From assembly GCF_006345805.1 (NCBI RefSeq), contig NC_042998.1, positions 57,598,001 to 57,662,000 of the forward strand: a stretch of DNA of 64,000 nt. Reading direction: 5' to 3'. Under the pieces are notes generated by a model that was not told the origin of the DNA, ran no database searches, and saw only the letters and a list, made by a program, of their open reading frames with translations. The stretch comes from Octopus sinensis (Eukaryota). The position numbers and the translations under genes are program-made. The stretch's first letter is position 1. Each line of letters starts with the position of its first letter. Positions 26,886-39,457 of this stretch are shown in pieces.

Positions 26886-29597
26886 TGAAGCGAAAAATGT
26901 CAAGGAAATTCTGAAATACATCAGAATAAACAACATCACAGAAACAAATAATTTGATCAGGGCAGTGAGTATTGTAGCAGAAAACGTGGGTTTGATGGCA
27001 AGAAAAAGAAACATAATGGGAGAGACAAAAGAAAAGATCCATGGTGGAAAAGAAGAACCTAGGAAAGGTTAGACATGCGCCCGAAGGAAATTTCTGTGTG
27101 AGATCGAAAAGAGAAAGGGAAACTTAAAAGCGAACAAAAATACAGGGTGCTGAAAAAGAAGTATGATATTGAAAGAAAGGGCTTGAAAGCAGGAGCGGAG
27201 GAACTGAAACAGCGCTTCGTTGCAAAGAAAGCAAAGATGGTAAGATACGACCAAAGAATGAAGGGTTATCACAAAAATAGGTTATTCAGAGTAGATCAAA
27301 GGAGATTCTACAAAGAAATAAATGAAGAGTAAACAGATGAAAAGTTGATACCAGATAACATTGAAAGTCAAAGGTTTGGGAGTGACACCTGGAGCAAAGA
27401 CAAGGAGCACAAGAAGGCTGCTGAATGGTTACAAGAACTGAAATAAACAGTAGTCTGTCCAAAATAAGCAGAAATAGTCATTTCAGTTAGCGAAGTGAAG
27501 GAAATCAGTAACAAAATTAGAACTGGAAGGCCCCGGGACCAGGTGCAGTTCAATGCTACTGGATCAAAAGATTTCATGAATGTCATGCACGAATACCTGC
27601 GCAAATCAACACCTTGTTAAATGCCGACCAAGTAACACCAGATTGGTTGACATTGGGTTAGGGTTAGGGTTAGGGTCAGTACTGTGCCTGAAAAACATCA
27701 AAAAAGGTACATAATTACATAATTAATACGGTACATAATTACAGGCCGATATCCTGTTTTCAACTTATGTGGAAGTTATTGACTGGAATACTCGCAGAGT
27801 CAATGTACGAACATCTGGAAAACAATGGAGTCCTGCCACATGAGCAGGAGGGTTGCAAGCGTAAGTGCAGAGGTACCAAGTATCAACTTTTAATAGACAA
27901 AACTGTACTTAGAGACTGCAAGAGAAGGAAAAGTAACTTAGTCATATCATGGATCGACTATCGTAAGGCGTACGATAGGATTCCACGTTCTTGGATTATG
28001 GAGTGTATGTGCTTGATACAACTAACACTGAATCTGAGGAAAGCAAAAGCTGGGTATGTATTCAAAAGTCGCCAACGAAAATTCAACCATTTGTTATTGG
28101 ATGACCTCAAGTTTTATGGTCAAGATGAAGCCCTCGTTGATACGGTATATACCTTCAGTGCTGATATCGGAATAGAGTTCGAACTGAGAAAGAGTGGTGT
28201 GTTAGACTTGAAGAGAGGCAAAATCAAATTTATGGGCGGGTTAACGATACGGTCGGGGGAGGTTATGTAGCAGATAGAAGAGACGGGCTATTAGTACTTG
28301 GGGATTTTGGAAATGGATAAATTGATGGAGAAAGAAATGACAGAAAAGTTTAAGGTAGAGTACTTGCGCAGACTGAGACTGATTCTATAGTCGAAATTAA
28401 TTGGACGAAATAAGATCGAAGCTATCAACATCTGGGGTGACACTCATTAGATATGGTGTAGGGGTACTCGCATGGACAGCAGACGAACTAAACAGCTTAG
28501 GCAGAAAGATAAAGAAGTTGCCAACTAGATATGGGTCACTCTACCCCAAAAGTGATATAAACAGACTGTATATAGCAAGAAAAAGAGGAGGAAGGGGACT
28601 TATTGGATTCGAACACAGCATTAGGCCAGAAGAAAGCAACATAGCACGGTATGTAAAAATGTCACAGAACCGCCATTATTAGAAGTAAAAAGGTCAGGCG
28701 TGCGTAAGAAGAAAGGTTGCAAAGATAAAGCACTATACAAGCAACTGAAAATGAATGAAACTGAAAATAGGTGGGTAAAAAAAGAATGCATGGTCAAGTT
28801 CATAGGGATGTTGAAGATAAGACAGACAGAGAAAAAAGATGGCTGTGGATGACTAAAAGTGATTTATGACAGGAAATCTGTGCTCTAATCTGTGCTGCCC
28901 AAGGGCAAGCACTAAGAACAAACTACATAAAATACAGAATAGACAACTCAGCAGATAAATGCAGAATCTGCGAACAAAACGGTGAAACAGTATAGCATAT
29001 TACCAGCCAATGTACTCCACTAGCCCAGAAGGAATAAAAGAGACGCCACGACAATATAGCCAGGCTTGTCCATTGGACACTTTGCAACAAGTATGGACTT
29101 GACAGAGCAAAAAATTGGTAGGACCACAAACCTGAAGGCATCGTCAAAAATGGAAATGCAAAGATCCTATGGGATTTTATGATTCGGTGCAACCATGAGA
29201 TAGAGAATAGGAAGCCGGACATAGTCTTAATTGAGAAAGAAAACAGACTACGCTGGATCATAGATATAGCATGCCTAGATGACAACAAGATATGTGGTAA
29301 GGAAGAAAGAAAAGTCGAGGGATATGACAGGTTAGCTTTGGAGGTTAAGTAGTTGTAGTCAATGAAAAAGGTACCAATAATTGTTGGATCCCTGGAAACA
29401 TTGAACAGAAATCTCGAGAAGTACGTGGAACAAATAGGGACTGCAATAAGTGTGGAGCACTAGCAGAAAACAGCACTGCTTGGAACTGCTCGAACACTCC
29501 GGAAGGTACTCGAAACATAAGAGATGTTACCTAAGTTCACTGGTAGTGAACAGCTGACACTGTAATTCATCTCTAGCGTTAGAAGCTGTGCAAAGTC
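26886..29597 (+). mobile_element. R4/Dong-type copy 5, long degenerate copy with RT, knuckle and nuclease
   Basis: MWKLLTGI...[18 protein letters not shown]...[20 protein letters not shown] and RKPDIV; many stops; (AAT)n on both sides. Confidence 0.93.
27655..27676 (+). repeat. Interstitial telomeric-type repeat (GGGTTA)3GGGT
   Basis: Directly visible inside the RT region of copy 5. Confidence 0.85.
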
Positions 29598-31002
29598 AAT
29601 AATAATAATAACTGGTACTTAATTTATCGATCCCGACAATGAAAACCAAAGTCGAACTCTGAAGAACTTGAAGTCAAAACAATAAGTTGGTAGAATTGCT
29701 GCTAAGTATTGTGCCAATGCACTAATTTTCACAGATGCATATTAAATGTCTTTGGTATAATTCTCTCATTTGTGTTTGCCTTTATCTTTTTTACGATATA
29801 TTCATGTACCCCCTCCTCCTTTAAAGATATTCTGGTGTAACTTTATAACTTAGCACGTATATCAATTTCGTGAGTAGTGTTTTCTGCAACGTTTCCAGTA
29901 GTTAGTAATCTACAGCATACCACTTGAATCCATTTCTATACAAAATACAACTGATTGTTCTCCCATTTGTATTTAAGTTCAGTATATAATAGCATGGTGA
30001 TTAAAGTCATTCGTGCTGGAAAAGGAGGAGAGAGATGAATGCCCTTAGAATTTTCCCTTTGAGATTAATTTTATAATTCTATCTTTTGACGGTATCAATA
30101 AACTGTTTAACATTTACACATGATGTACTTAATGTCTGTTTATAAGTGATCCTAACGTATAATGCCGAATTATTCCAGGATCAATAGGTGAAGGACAATG
30201 AGAAAGCTTCCTCCTGGTCAATGTATCCTCTAGATATTAATTATAAATATACTCATCTGTGATTCGATTTCATTGTCATAAGCTTCTGCAGTATCCTTTC
30301 TATACTTTAGAGAACGGGTTTGTCATTTACTCTATTGTTAACTAGCGAATGATCGAATTTCTACGTAGTTGTCTAGCTTACTAGAATTTACAAATGATTT
30401 TCCTAAAAAAAAAAAAAAAACCCAAAAAAGCGCCGTGCCATTTTAAGAAATGCAATCGTAGATACTCTGAAGAAATAGGGAATATCACATCTGAAATGCC
30501 TTTTACCAGAGAGTTTCTCAATTAATTTTAAGCTGGGATGAAAGAACAGATCGAGCATCAAATATCACTGTCAAAGAGAGAAATATTTCGTAAATACACA
30601 GGTTGTGATTTCCAAATGATTACACAGCAGAAGACATGAAAACTAAAATTTGTCAGTTCAAGGAGATAGCAACAGTAAACGAATGTTTCATCAATGTTAT
30701 ATTATTGCTATCCATAACACCCAAGATTGGGTCTTATCATTAACTGGTTGCTATACTGCTGACGGAAATGTATTAAATTATCTTGCTGCAGTTGTTAAGC
30801 TTTAGGCGATATTGCTAACGAGTAATGTTAACAGTCGTAACTAATCGATAAATATTTTAACTACCTAGTTGTGAAAGTTTTAAAATATGAACACAGAATA
30901 TGTAACAAATAGTTAATGGAATAAAATCTCCAATAAATAAAAACATCGGCGGCATCATGCCAGTTGGTAGCTTTTGTCTCCAATAACTTTCAAATTATAT
31001 AT

Positions 31003-31035
<33 letters not shown>

Positions 31036-31388
31036 CTGGTTTTGTTTTGTTGTTTATTTTTTATTTTTACCGTTATTGTTTTTACGTTTTTGTATTCTTA
31101 TTGGTGTCACGTATTCTGTATTTTTGTTTGTGTACTTCGTTCGTTTTCCGTCCTCGTGTTGTATACATTCGAAGCTTTCTTCCAGGGTATCTAATGCGCT
31201 TGGCTTAGATTTCCCTTGGCGGGCTGGCCATATCGGAGCAATCTCAAGATTAATCAGCCGAAATTGCTAAGATGATCTGGTTCTTGACTGATGACTGAGG
31301 GCTTCGAATGTCCCGTCCTGTGGTTCTTGTGTCGTCTCTGTGGTGTTTCATGTTCTTGTCCACGTCTGTAATTATATTTTACTGTTTA

Positions 31389-31390
<2 letters not shown>
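31036..31390. mobile_element. Unclassified structured repeat between (TA)n tracts
   Basis: (TA)n on both sides; 11-bp helix 31165-31175/31301-31311 enclosing further hairpins and hammerhead-like strands. Confidence 0.5.
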
Positions 31391-31428
<38 letters not shown>

Positions 31429-31441
31429 TATATTTATATAT

Positions 31442-31489
<48 letters not shown>

Positions 31490-31492
<3 letters not shown>

Positions 31493-31667
31493 AAAGTTTA
31501 CGTAAAAAACAAAAGACGAAAACAGGTTGTGTACAAAACAAACAGATGTATTAGTATAACGCTCAGGAATAGAAAAAGTCTTTTACGTTTCGAGCCTACG
31601 CTCTTCTACAGAAAGGTACACAGAAAAAACAAGGAGAGAAACAAGGAGAGAAAAAATGTGTGTAGTG
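31490..31667 (-). mobile_element. PLE-type terminal fragment with variant minimal hammerhead (31578-31616)
   Basis: Minus strand CTTT-CTGTAGAA-GAGC gtag GCTC-GAAA-CGTA-AAAG; abuts (TA)n; second copy at 32285. Confidence 0.65.
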
Positions 31668-32239
31668 CCATACATATAGTTATAATGCCGAACATTTAGG
31701 GGCACAGGTCTATCTGTGGTTAAGAATTGCTGGGGCCCTCTCTACTGCAAAGAACTATGGGTTAATATCTTCTATAACAACCTGTAGCAAAAATAAAAAG
31801 TAAGATGTTCAAATAGAACTACTTGTGCATATACATGACAGGCAGAGTTATCTTCTCTTTCGTAAATGGTTTCTTTTCATTTCCTTTATTACAAGATCGA
31901 TGAAGTAAATGCGATTCAAAATATTGGGTCCGATAATATTGACTAAAACCCTTGAAGGTGTTACTCCAGCATGTATGCAGATAAGAAGATAAAACAAATT
32001 AATAAGGAAACAGAATATATGTGTATATTTGAAGAAAAAGTAAGAAAGCGAATGTTTCCAATAAAAAAAAACATCTGTTCGATGAAAACCTTATTGGAAA
32101 ATAATGTAAGGATCAAACATTATGTAGTGCTTGGAAAATCGAGGAGTATTGGAACAGGTTCTTTCATTGAAAATCTCGTGTTCATACACACACACTCACA
32201 CTTACACACACGTATATGTATATATGTATGTATATATAT

Positions 32240-32282
<43 letters not shown>

Positions 32283-32284
32283 TA

Positions 32285-32476
32285 GGGAGAGTTCACGAAA
32301 AAAAAACAAAAGACGAAGACAGTTGGTGTACAAAACAAACAGATGTATTAGTATAACGCTCAGGAATTGAAAAAGTCTTTTACGTCTCGAGCCTACGCTC
32401 TTCTACAGAAAGGGACACAGAAAAAAACAAGGAGAGAAACAAAATGTGGGTAGTGGCTACTGATCTATCATGGCGA
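32285..32476 (-). mobile_element. Second copy of the PLE-type terminal fragment (hammerhead 32375-32415, GAAA mutated to GAGA)
   Basis: High similarity to 31490-31667; (TA)n on both sides. Confidence 0.65.
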
Positions 32477-32480
32477 TATA

Positions 32481-32522
<42 letters not shown>

Positions 32523-32525
<3 letters not shown>

Positions 32526-32580
32526 GGGATGGACGAAATAATGGAAACACCTTAAGATTTCTTTAAAATTTCAAACAAGA
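32523..32580 (+). mobile_element. Tc1-like terminal inverted repeat remnant
   Basis: TA followed by CAGGGGATGGACGAAATAATGGAAACACC; partner end not found. Confidence 0.45.
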
Positions 32581-32589
32581 GCAGCAGTT

Positions 32590-33319
32590 GTCAGCCTTCC
32601 TGTTCCCAAGGTAATTCATCAGAGAAGGCATTTTAAACTCTAAGCCTTCGCCACACTCATTGTTGTAACAAAATGTGGATCCTTGAGGAGTGTTCGTATT
32701 TGAAGCCCATCAAATATTCCTGCCTTCTCCTCGTCAATGAGACTAGGAAAGTTTGTATATATGTATCTGAAGCAGTCTCCTCTGTGATCAAGAGCTTTGA
32801 TGAATTGCTTCATTGCACCAAGTTTCGACACATGTTCTGAAAAGTCTGTGGGGTGGGCAGGTTTTCTCCTGGTTTCCAAATGTTACTTTACTGGTCAGTA
32901 TGTTACACCTTCTTGACAATGTTATTAATGCTGTGCCTTGGAGCCTGTAGAGTGAAGTTTTCACAGATGTACCAGAAGACGTTCGGTTCATTACAGAACG
33001 TCTTTTCTTTTACGTTGTATCCATAACTAGATCACAGTGGTTCACTTCGCAATTAAAAAGAAGAGGAAGGTTTTTAGAGCAAACCTCAGCTTGAACATAT
33101 TCAAAATTAGCATGGCAATCCATCCGAAATTCCAGCAAACGGTGGTGTAAAGTTATCTTTTGGTATGCTCCAGGTAAATAAAGATATTACTGATGGCACA
33201 AAAATGTGATGTGATACAGAAAATCTGAGGTCAGTTTTGGAATCAGCATCCAAAAATTAGTTTAAAACAAATCTAAGATTTTATGCCAGAAAATAAAAGT
33301 TTTATTTTGTTGACCAGTG
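32590..33319 (-). mobile_element. DNA transposon relic (KLGxMKQFxKAL...GIFxGxQIR family), one terminus with TA flank
   Basis: SKLGAMKQFIKALDHRGDCFRYIYTNFPSL...KAGIFDGLQIRTLLKDPHF; minus-strand end TA|CACTGGTCAAC. Superfamily not assigned with certainty. Confidence 0.7.
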
Positions 33320-34624
33320 TAATATGCTTTCTGCGTATAATGGTTTGGGTTACTTCTTGGAGGATACTTCTGCGTGAAGAATTTTATAAGGAACGGTGTT
33401 TTGCACACACAAGTCATCTAATGCTGTGCATAATCAGAAGTAGAGTTCTGGTCAAATGGTAGGGAAACTCGGTACGTTAGAAGACACTTGAAATATTTCG
33501 GTAGCTTCTACTGATTCATGGATGAATTCCTTATCAATATTACATATTTAATGCTACCAAGTGTATTAAATTTCTAGCAATGCATTACTTTTTCCTATTC
33601 TTGTTGTACCTTAATATCATCAACTTGGATCTGGCCATTTCTGAATCAGTCTCGAACATAATGCAATAATGCCAGTTGCACGGTATACTACACAATCCAC
33701 CATATAGCTTACCTATTATATTAATAAGTCTAGTAGGCTACGTGACTAAAACATAATACTGGAGTGTGTAAAGTTTGCGAATCTCTAAATATGAAATTGC
33801 AAGCAAAATTTTAGTTTCATTGAACGCAATGAAATGAATTTAAGTGATTGGAATTGAAAAGACAAACTCTCATCCAACATATTCTACGAGTTTTAAAAGT
33901 TTTAAAAGCCTGCCCTCTGAATAACCGTATAGAATTTACATAAAGCGTTGGTTTATTTAACTTCTTAGATCAGTTTCCTAACTAAAGTATGAAAATACAC
34001 TAGTAATTTGATTAGAAATTCTCAAGGGAAAAAATTAAAAGAAAAGGAAAAGGGAAATAAAAAAGCATTCATAGATAATTTACTGACAGATAATTCATAA
34101 AGTTTGGAAATTTGGCTGTACAGTGAACTATGAATATTGAAATGATAATAATACATATCTTAAAGAAAGAACTAAGTGGGGTTGCAATTAGATCGAAAAC
34201 TGCCCATATATTTTCTTTAAAGAAAGCCACCACGGTAATGATAGGAATGACTATAAATTATAAAGCATGCGGGAATGGCGTATGTTTAAAGACTTTCTAT
34301 GGTAAAACCGAATAAAAAAAAACAAGATATATTTAAATAGAAACACTGCAGTAGCTGACAGAGAAGGCTGTAAATGTTATGAAATACGAGTGCAGTATGC
34401 AGTTATCGGCCGATCACATGTCATGCAGAAATCCATGAAATCTATAATTGAACAGAAAATACAAAAATATAAAAATAAAAACGAAGCTACATAAAACTAA
34501 GAGAAGAAAAAAAAAAACATCTTGAAATATAATTTAGTAATAGAAAAAATTAGGAAAGAATGTAAAAGGAAGTCTCGGGGGAAAACATGTATTGAAAATC
34601 CAGTAAGTTGTGACAACAAGTAAA

Positions 34625-34724
34625 TGAAACAAAGAAGAGTTGAATTGCTGAGCGAAACATTTACAAATTAAAAATTACTGCGTTACTTCCCGAATTACAC
34701 GATTCATGTCTAAATCGACGGAAA
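34625..34724 (+). repeat. 100-bp exact direct repeat, copy 1 (copy 2 at 37937-38036)
   Basis: Identical by direct comparison. Confidence 0.95.
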
Positions 34725-37700
34725 AGTAATACATTTCAGAAGAAAGAAATCAATGATGAATCAAAAGCCTAGCCGTTCTTGTAATCATATATCTGCCTGT
34801 CACAGGGGGATATGATGTTCAAATTTCATTCCATACAAAGTTTTCAGCTAATCTTCTGAGAATAAAGAACAAAACTGCATGCTTCTTCTTCTCCTTCATT
34901 GTTTGAATGCTCTTATCACAATGTTGTTCAGATTTAAGCGTTAGGCTATCACTCTATCCAAATATATTTATTATTAAAGCATTGTTTCATTGCAATATAA
35001 GTACCGTAATTACGTGATAATATAGGTTACATCTTTACCAAAGATTAATCAAGATATCCTTGACTTCTTTCAATGGAACAAATGCATAGCATTTGTTCCA
35101 ATGAATAGATAAAGAAAAGTCACTTCTCGTATTATACTTAACTATCGCATCTTTTAGTATTTGCATACGAAATCCTATTCCGTACTTTTACAAACTCAAA
35201 AACAGACATTCAATATGTTACGAATGTAATTTCTCATAGTCTAGCAAAGTTATCATTTTACCCATATACCCAAGCAATACTGGATCGCTATCGTCCCTGG
35301 TCGAATATATCTAACTAAAGTTTCACATTTACAATATTCACATATATAAGAACTATAATTCATTCCAGATGCTGTAACATGAGTGAGTGAGAAACAAATA
35401 TACATATAGTGCCTATAGCTGGAATGATGTCAACGTTGTATTTCTGTAGTTTAATCAAGGAAAAAAAGAGCAGCGCTCAATACCATTATATATCCTCAGA
35501 GAATGGCGGAAAGCAAGTGAGAAAGAAAACCATGCTTCCAATCAACTCAAACCGAATGTGAATGTTTAAAACAATGTGGACTCTGCTAAACATATCTTGA
35601 CCACGAAAAATATTTACCTCGAAGTTCCCACCAATCTAATTTCACAAGTCACATGGTGATCCAAATTTATGATAGAAGACTCTCACCCAAGGTGTCGCGC
35701 AGGGGATCGAACGCAGAGTTACATGCTGAGCAAACATTTCGGCTACACAAGCATCCCTGCATCCTAAATGATAGCATATATCTATGCGATGAGGTTAGCA
35801 CCTAAATTATGAAAGATTAACTAGATTTTTTTAAAATCTAAGAAGTCAAAGGACATTGTTCTTACATTATAAATCTTTGAAAGGCAGTGAATTGGGAAAA
35901 TGAGGGATAATGTCAGCGGGAATGTCTTCCCTTCTTCTTTTGATATGAGTTTAATAACATAAACACCAGTTATATACTGGAGTTGTTTCAAACTTCTATG
36001 TGTATTTCTTTGTGAATTTATGAACTCATTTGGTTATTGCCATGTATTTTATTGGAATCTATAAAATGCCGGTAATAAACTGTAGTTTTTTAAATTGATT
36101 TAACTCATTCTTTCAACTGCTTAAAAAATAAATAAATAAAAATATAATGAACTGGCTTTATGCCTAGGCTAAAGAAGCGTGCTTATATAAATAGGAAATG
36201 TGTCATCCTTTTGAAGGTGATATATCATCACAGTGGCACTGCTACACATATGCAATGCAACAGCTTTGATAAAAGCATTCTTAAAAACGAACTAAGATTT
36301 AGTTGTCTTTCCTTGAACATAGAATATCTATGGCGTCCCATAAATATTTCTAGACATTCAGCAGTACCCTGCTTCAGTGGTTTCTACATAAACAAGTAAT
36401 TCATCTCAGAGTGAAGTTTGTTTATCACTATCAATTTTCATTGCTGTTTCATTTACTCCAATTCTGTACTTTCATAAAGCAATCCATCATCATAACATTT
36501 TCAGACACATATTTAAAAGAGAACAATAGATAACGACTATGTATCTCAATCTGCGAGTGTGTCTGCGTGTGAATGTGGAAGGGGAAGCACTATTCCGGAT
36601 GTACATAGATGTGGCCTGAACATGATTTAGTTTCTCCAGCAGCTGAATATTACAAAGAATGATCACCTAGAAGATAAAATCAATGAAGTTTTCTTCTTGC
36701 GGAATACACTTCGCCGATAAAGTAAATACCATGAAAAAATGATTTCGATTTTAATTGTGTATGCCTTGTGTTCTCACGACATAGTTTCTATAATTAGAAG
36801 AAGAATATGAATTTAAAACATGATATTTTATAATTGTATGAGAACCGTTTGGGCGCAAAAATTGAGTAAAGATTTTTACATTGGCGTTGGTTATAAAGCT
36901 ATGGATAACAGTGCAAAATTGATATTCATTTTATTACTTCGTATATATTTATGTATAAATGCACAAATAAATAGGCAATTCCTATATTGATTTCTCATAT
37001 ATTGGCACAAGGCCATAAGATTTGAGAACTGGATACTGTTGATCAAAACCATCTATATTCTTGATGTTTATCTTTCTTCTGTTTTGAATATCATTGATTC
37101 AGGATGGGTGAAAAAAAAGTTGATCTTCACAAATTTGAATTTAAAATATAAAGAGAATTAACTGAATATAGTGAAGAAATTTTGTCTTGCATTCTAATGT
37201 TTGTTTTTGATTTGTGTTCCTTGTAACGTCTTATATAATTCCTGACCATTTTAAGGGCATCTCTATAAGCATGGTAAATTAAATTCAAGTTTTGTTTCTA
37301 AGTATTTCTTCCAGCTTGAGATTATAATGGGGGAGTGCTACGAGGTAGCCACCAAAGAGGTCAGTGAATCGTATCTTCCCGTCGGCTCTCACTCAAGCCA
37401 TAATTTTAGACAAGCCCCACAACATCAGTGGCATTTAAAAATTTCGAGGAATACTCTGTTCGGATATGTCTGCTGGCTTGAATCATAATGAAAGTGTTGA
37501 TTATGTAGCAAAGTTTCCAACTCCTTATTAGAGTGAGCATGGTCACAATCAAATGACTGAAAGAAGTACAAGAGTAAAAGAGCAAAGAAACACAACAGAA
37601 AAACACTTTGTATTTGGCCATAGAAATACACTGACTACCATACAGTATCTGTGAAAGACGTCACCGTCTGTTGTTCGTCGATCAGATGGTACAAAAGAAA

Positions 37701-37936
37701 AAAGGGTGACCGAAGCTGATATAGAAGGATTAGAAAAGCGAACCTGGATGTTAAGGCAAACAGTGTCCCCGAGATGATATTTAAACCGAATTGGTTATAA
37801 ATTCATTCCAACCAATCCATTTGGTGTCATTTTGATCTGATATAGTGCGTTTGAGTGCAGTTGATGGGGATGGTCTCATATAAGTGAACAATTCTCCGGT
37901 GAGACTCTTAGCTGAGCTTTATAGAGGGTTAATAAG

Positions 37937-38036
37937 TGAAACAAAGAAGAGTTGAATTGCTGAGCGAAACATTTACAAATTAAAAATTACTGCGTTACTT
38001 CCCGAATTACACGATTCATGTCTAAATCGACGGAAA
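37937..38036 (+). repeat. 100-bp exact direct repeat, copy 2
   Basis: Identical to 34625-34724. Confidence 0.95.
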
Positions 38037-39034
38037 GTTGAAGTATTAAAGGTTTCTTAAACTTTATGTCGCAACTTTCACAACATTATATTTACTATGG
38101 CATAATTGAAGTTAATAAGATACACTGAGGTCTAGCATTTGAAGGCTTGTGTATTATTCAAGTGTAGAAATGGAAGATACACGTATAAATTCTTGACATA
38201 TGCTGTAATTATAATTTGATATTTGGTCCAGTATTTTATAGTTTGTGTAATTTTCTATCCTAATAGTGAATTTCTAAAATAAGTACAAGGCCATATTTTG
38301 TGGTGGAGGGGCAGAGTCCATTCAATCCATTCTAAGTGTTACTTATTTTTTCGCCATGGTAAGATTCAAACGTAGAATGTAAAAACGGAATTAAATATCA
38401 GTTTAACGAATCGACCACCTTTACCGTTACCGGTAATAATTAGACTGCATTGAACTACAATTTGTGGCATTTTTGGAGGAGGATAGGGAGTTGTGAAAAG
38501 AATGCATTTCATATTGAAACGAAAGTGTTCACACTGTGAGTCGAACAGGTTCAAGGATTTAATCTGAAATGTTTTAATGAAACACAAGTTTTTTGTATAG
38601 ATAATGCAATATAAATTAAAATTGAATTCTATGGATAGTGGAACTTAAGTTTTAGTGAACTTGGGATAGAGTCAGCATTGGCTATATCTGGTAACTATGG
38701 CAACAATTCGTTATTAAAATGGAACTCTACACACCAAAGGGACACAACTTCAAAGCTGAAATTTGAAAATCACTCCAGCAGAGTTACAGATCAAGGGCTC
38801 TAACTAATATTACACAGTGCTTATGGTTTAAGTATTTCATTAATTATTTATGACCCGGTCCATCCAGTTGTCAGTAGGTGCTGCTGGTTTAAATCCCTAA
38901 TCGTTGAAGTGTTTCCTTAGCAGCCTATTCTGCATCAACCACATTAGAAAGTTGGTAGTTGCAGAACTAGATGTATTTCTCGTATTGGAACGTTTGGGTG
39001 AACTCAGAAGGAAGTAAAAATAGTAGTTTCAAAA

Positions 39035-39385
39035 CTTGGCAAAACCTGAAATTATGGGGTGAGTGGTGGATAGTCAATTTCATCGAACCCAGTTCTCAAC
39101 TGGTACTTACTTTACCAACCTTGAAAGAATGAAAGGCAAAGACGACCTTGGGGAAATTTGAACTCAGAACGTAAAGACGGATTCTGCCAGCTTGCAGCCT
39201 TAGGAAGGAAGTAGAAATATTGGTTGAAAATTTTGGCACAAGACTAGCAATTTTGAGGAAAGGGGTAAGTTGATTACATCGACCCCAGTGCTTAACTGGT
39301 ACTTAATCTATTGACCCCGAAGGGGATGAAAAGCAAAGTCGACCCCGGCGGAATATAAACTCAGAACGTAAAGGCGGAGGAAATG
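39035..39385 (-). mobile_element. Two adjacent SINE family 2 copies
   Basis: Two occurrences of ...AACTGGTACTT...GAAAxGCAAAGxCGACC...AACTCAGAACGTAAAG. Confidence 0.85.
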
Positions 39386-39457
39386 AGTAGTGAAAATACT
39401 AGCTGCAAGATGTTATCATTCAGGGCCTTAAATCTTTGTTAATATATTCACTTTTAA

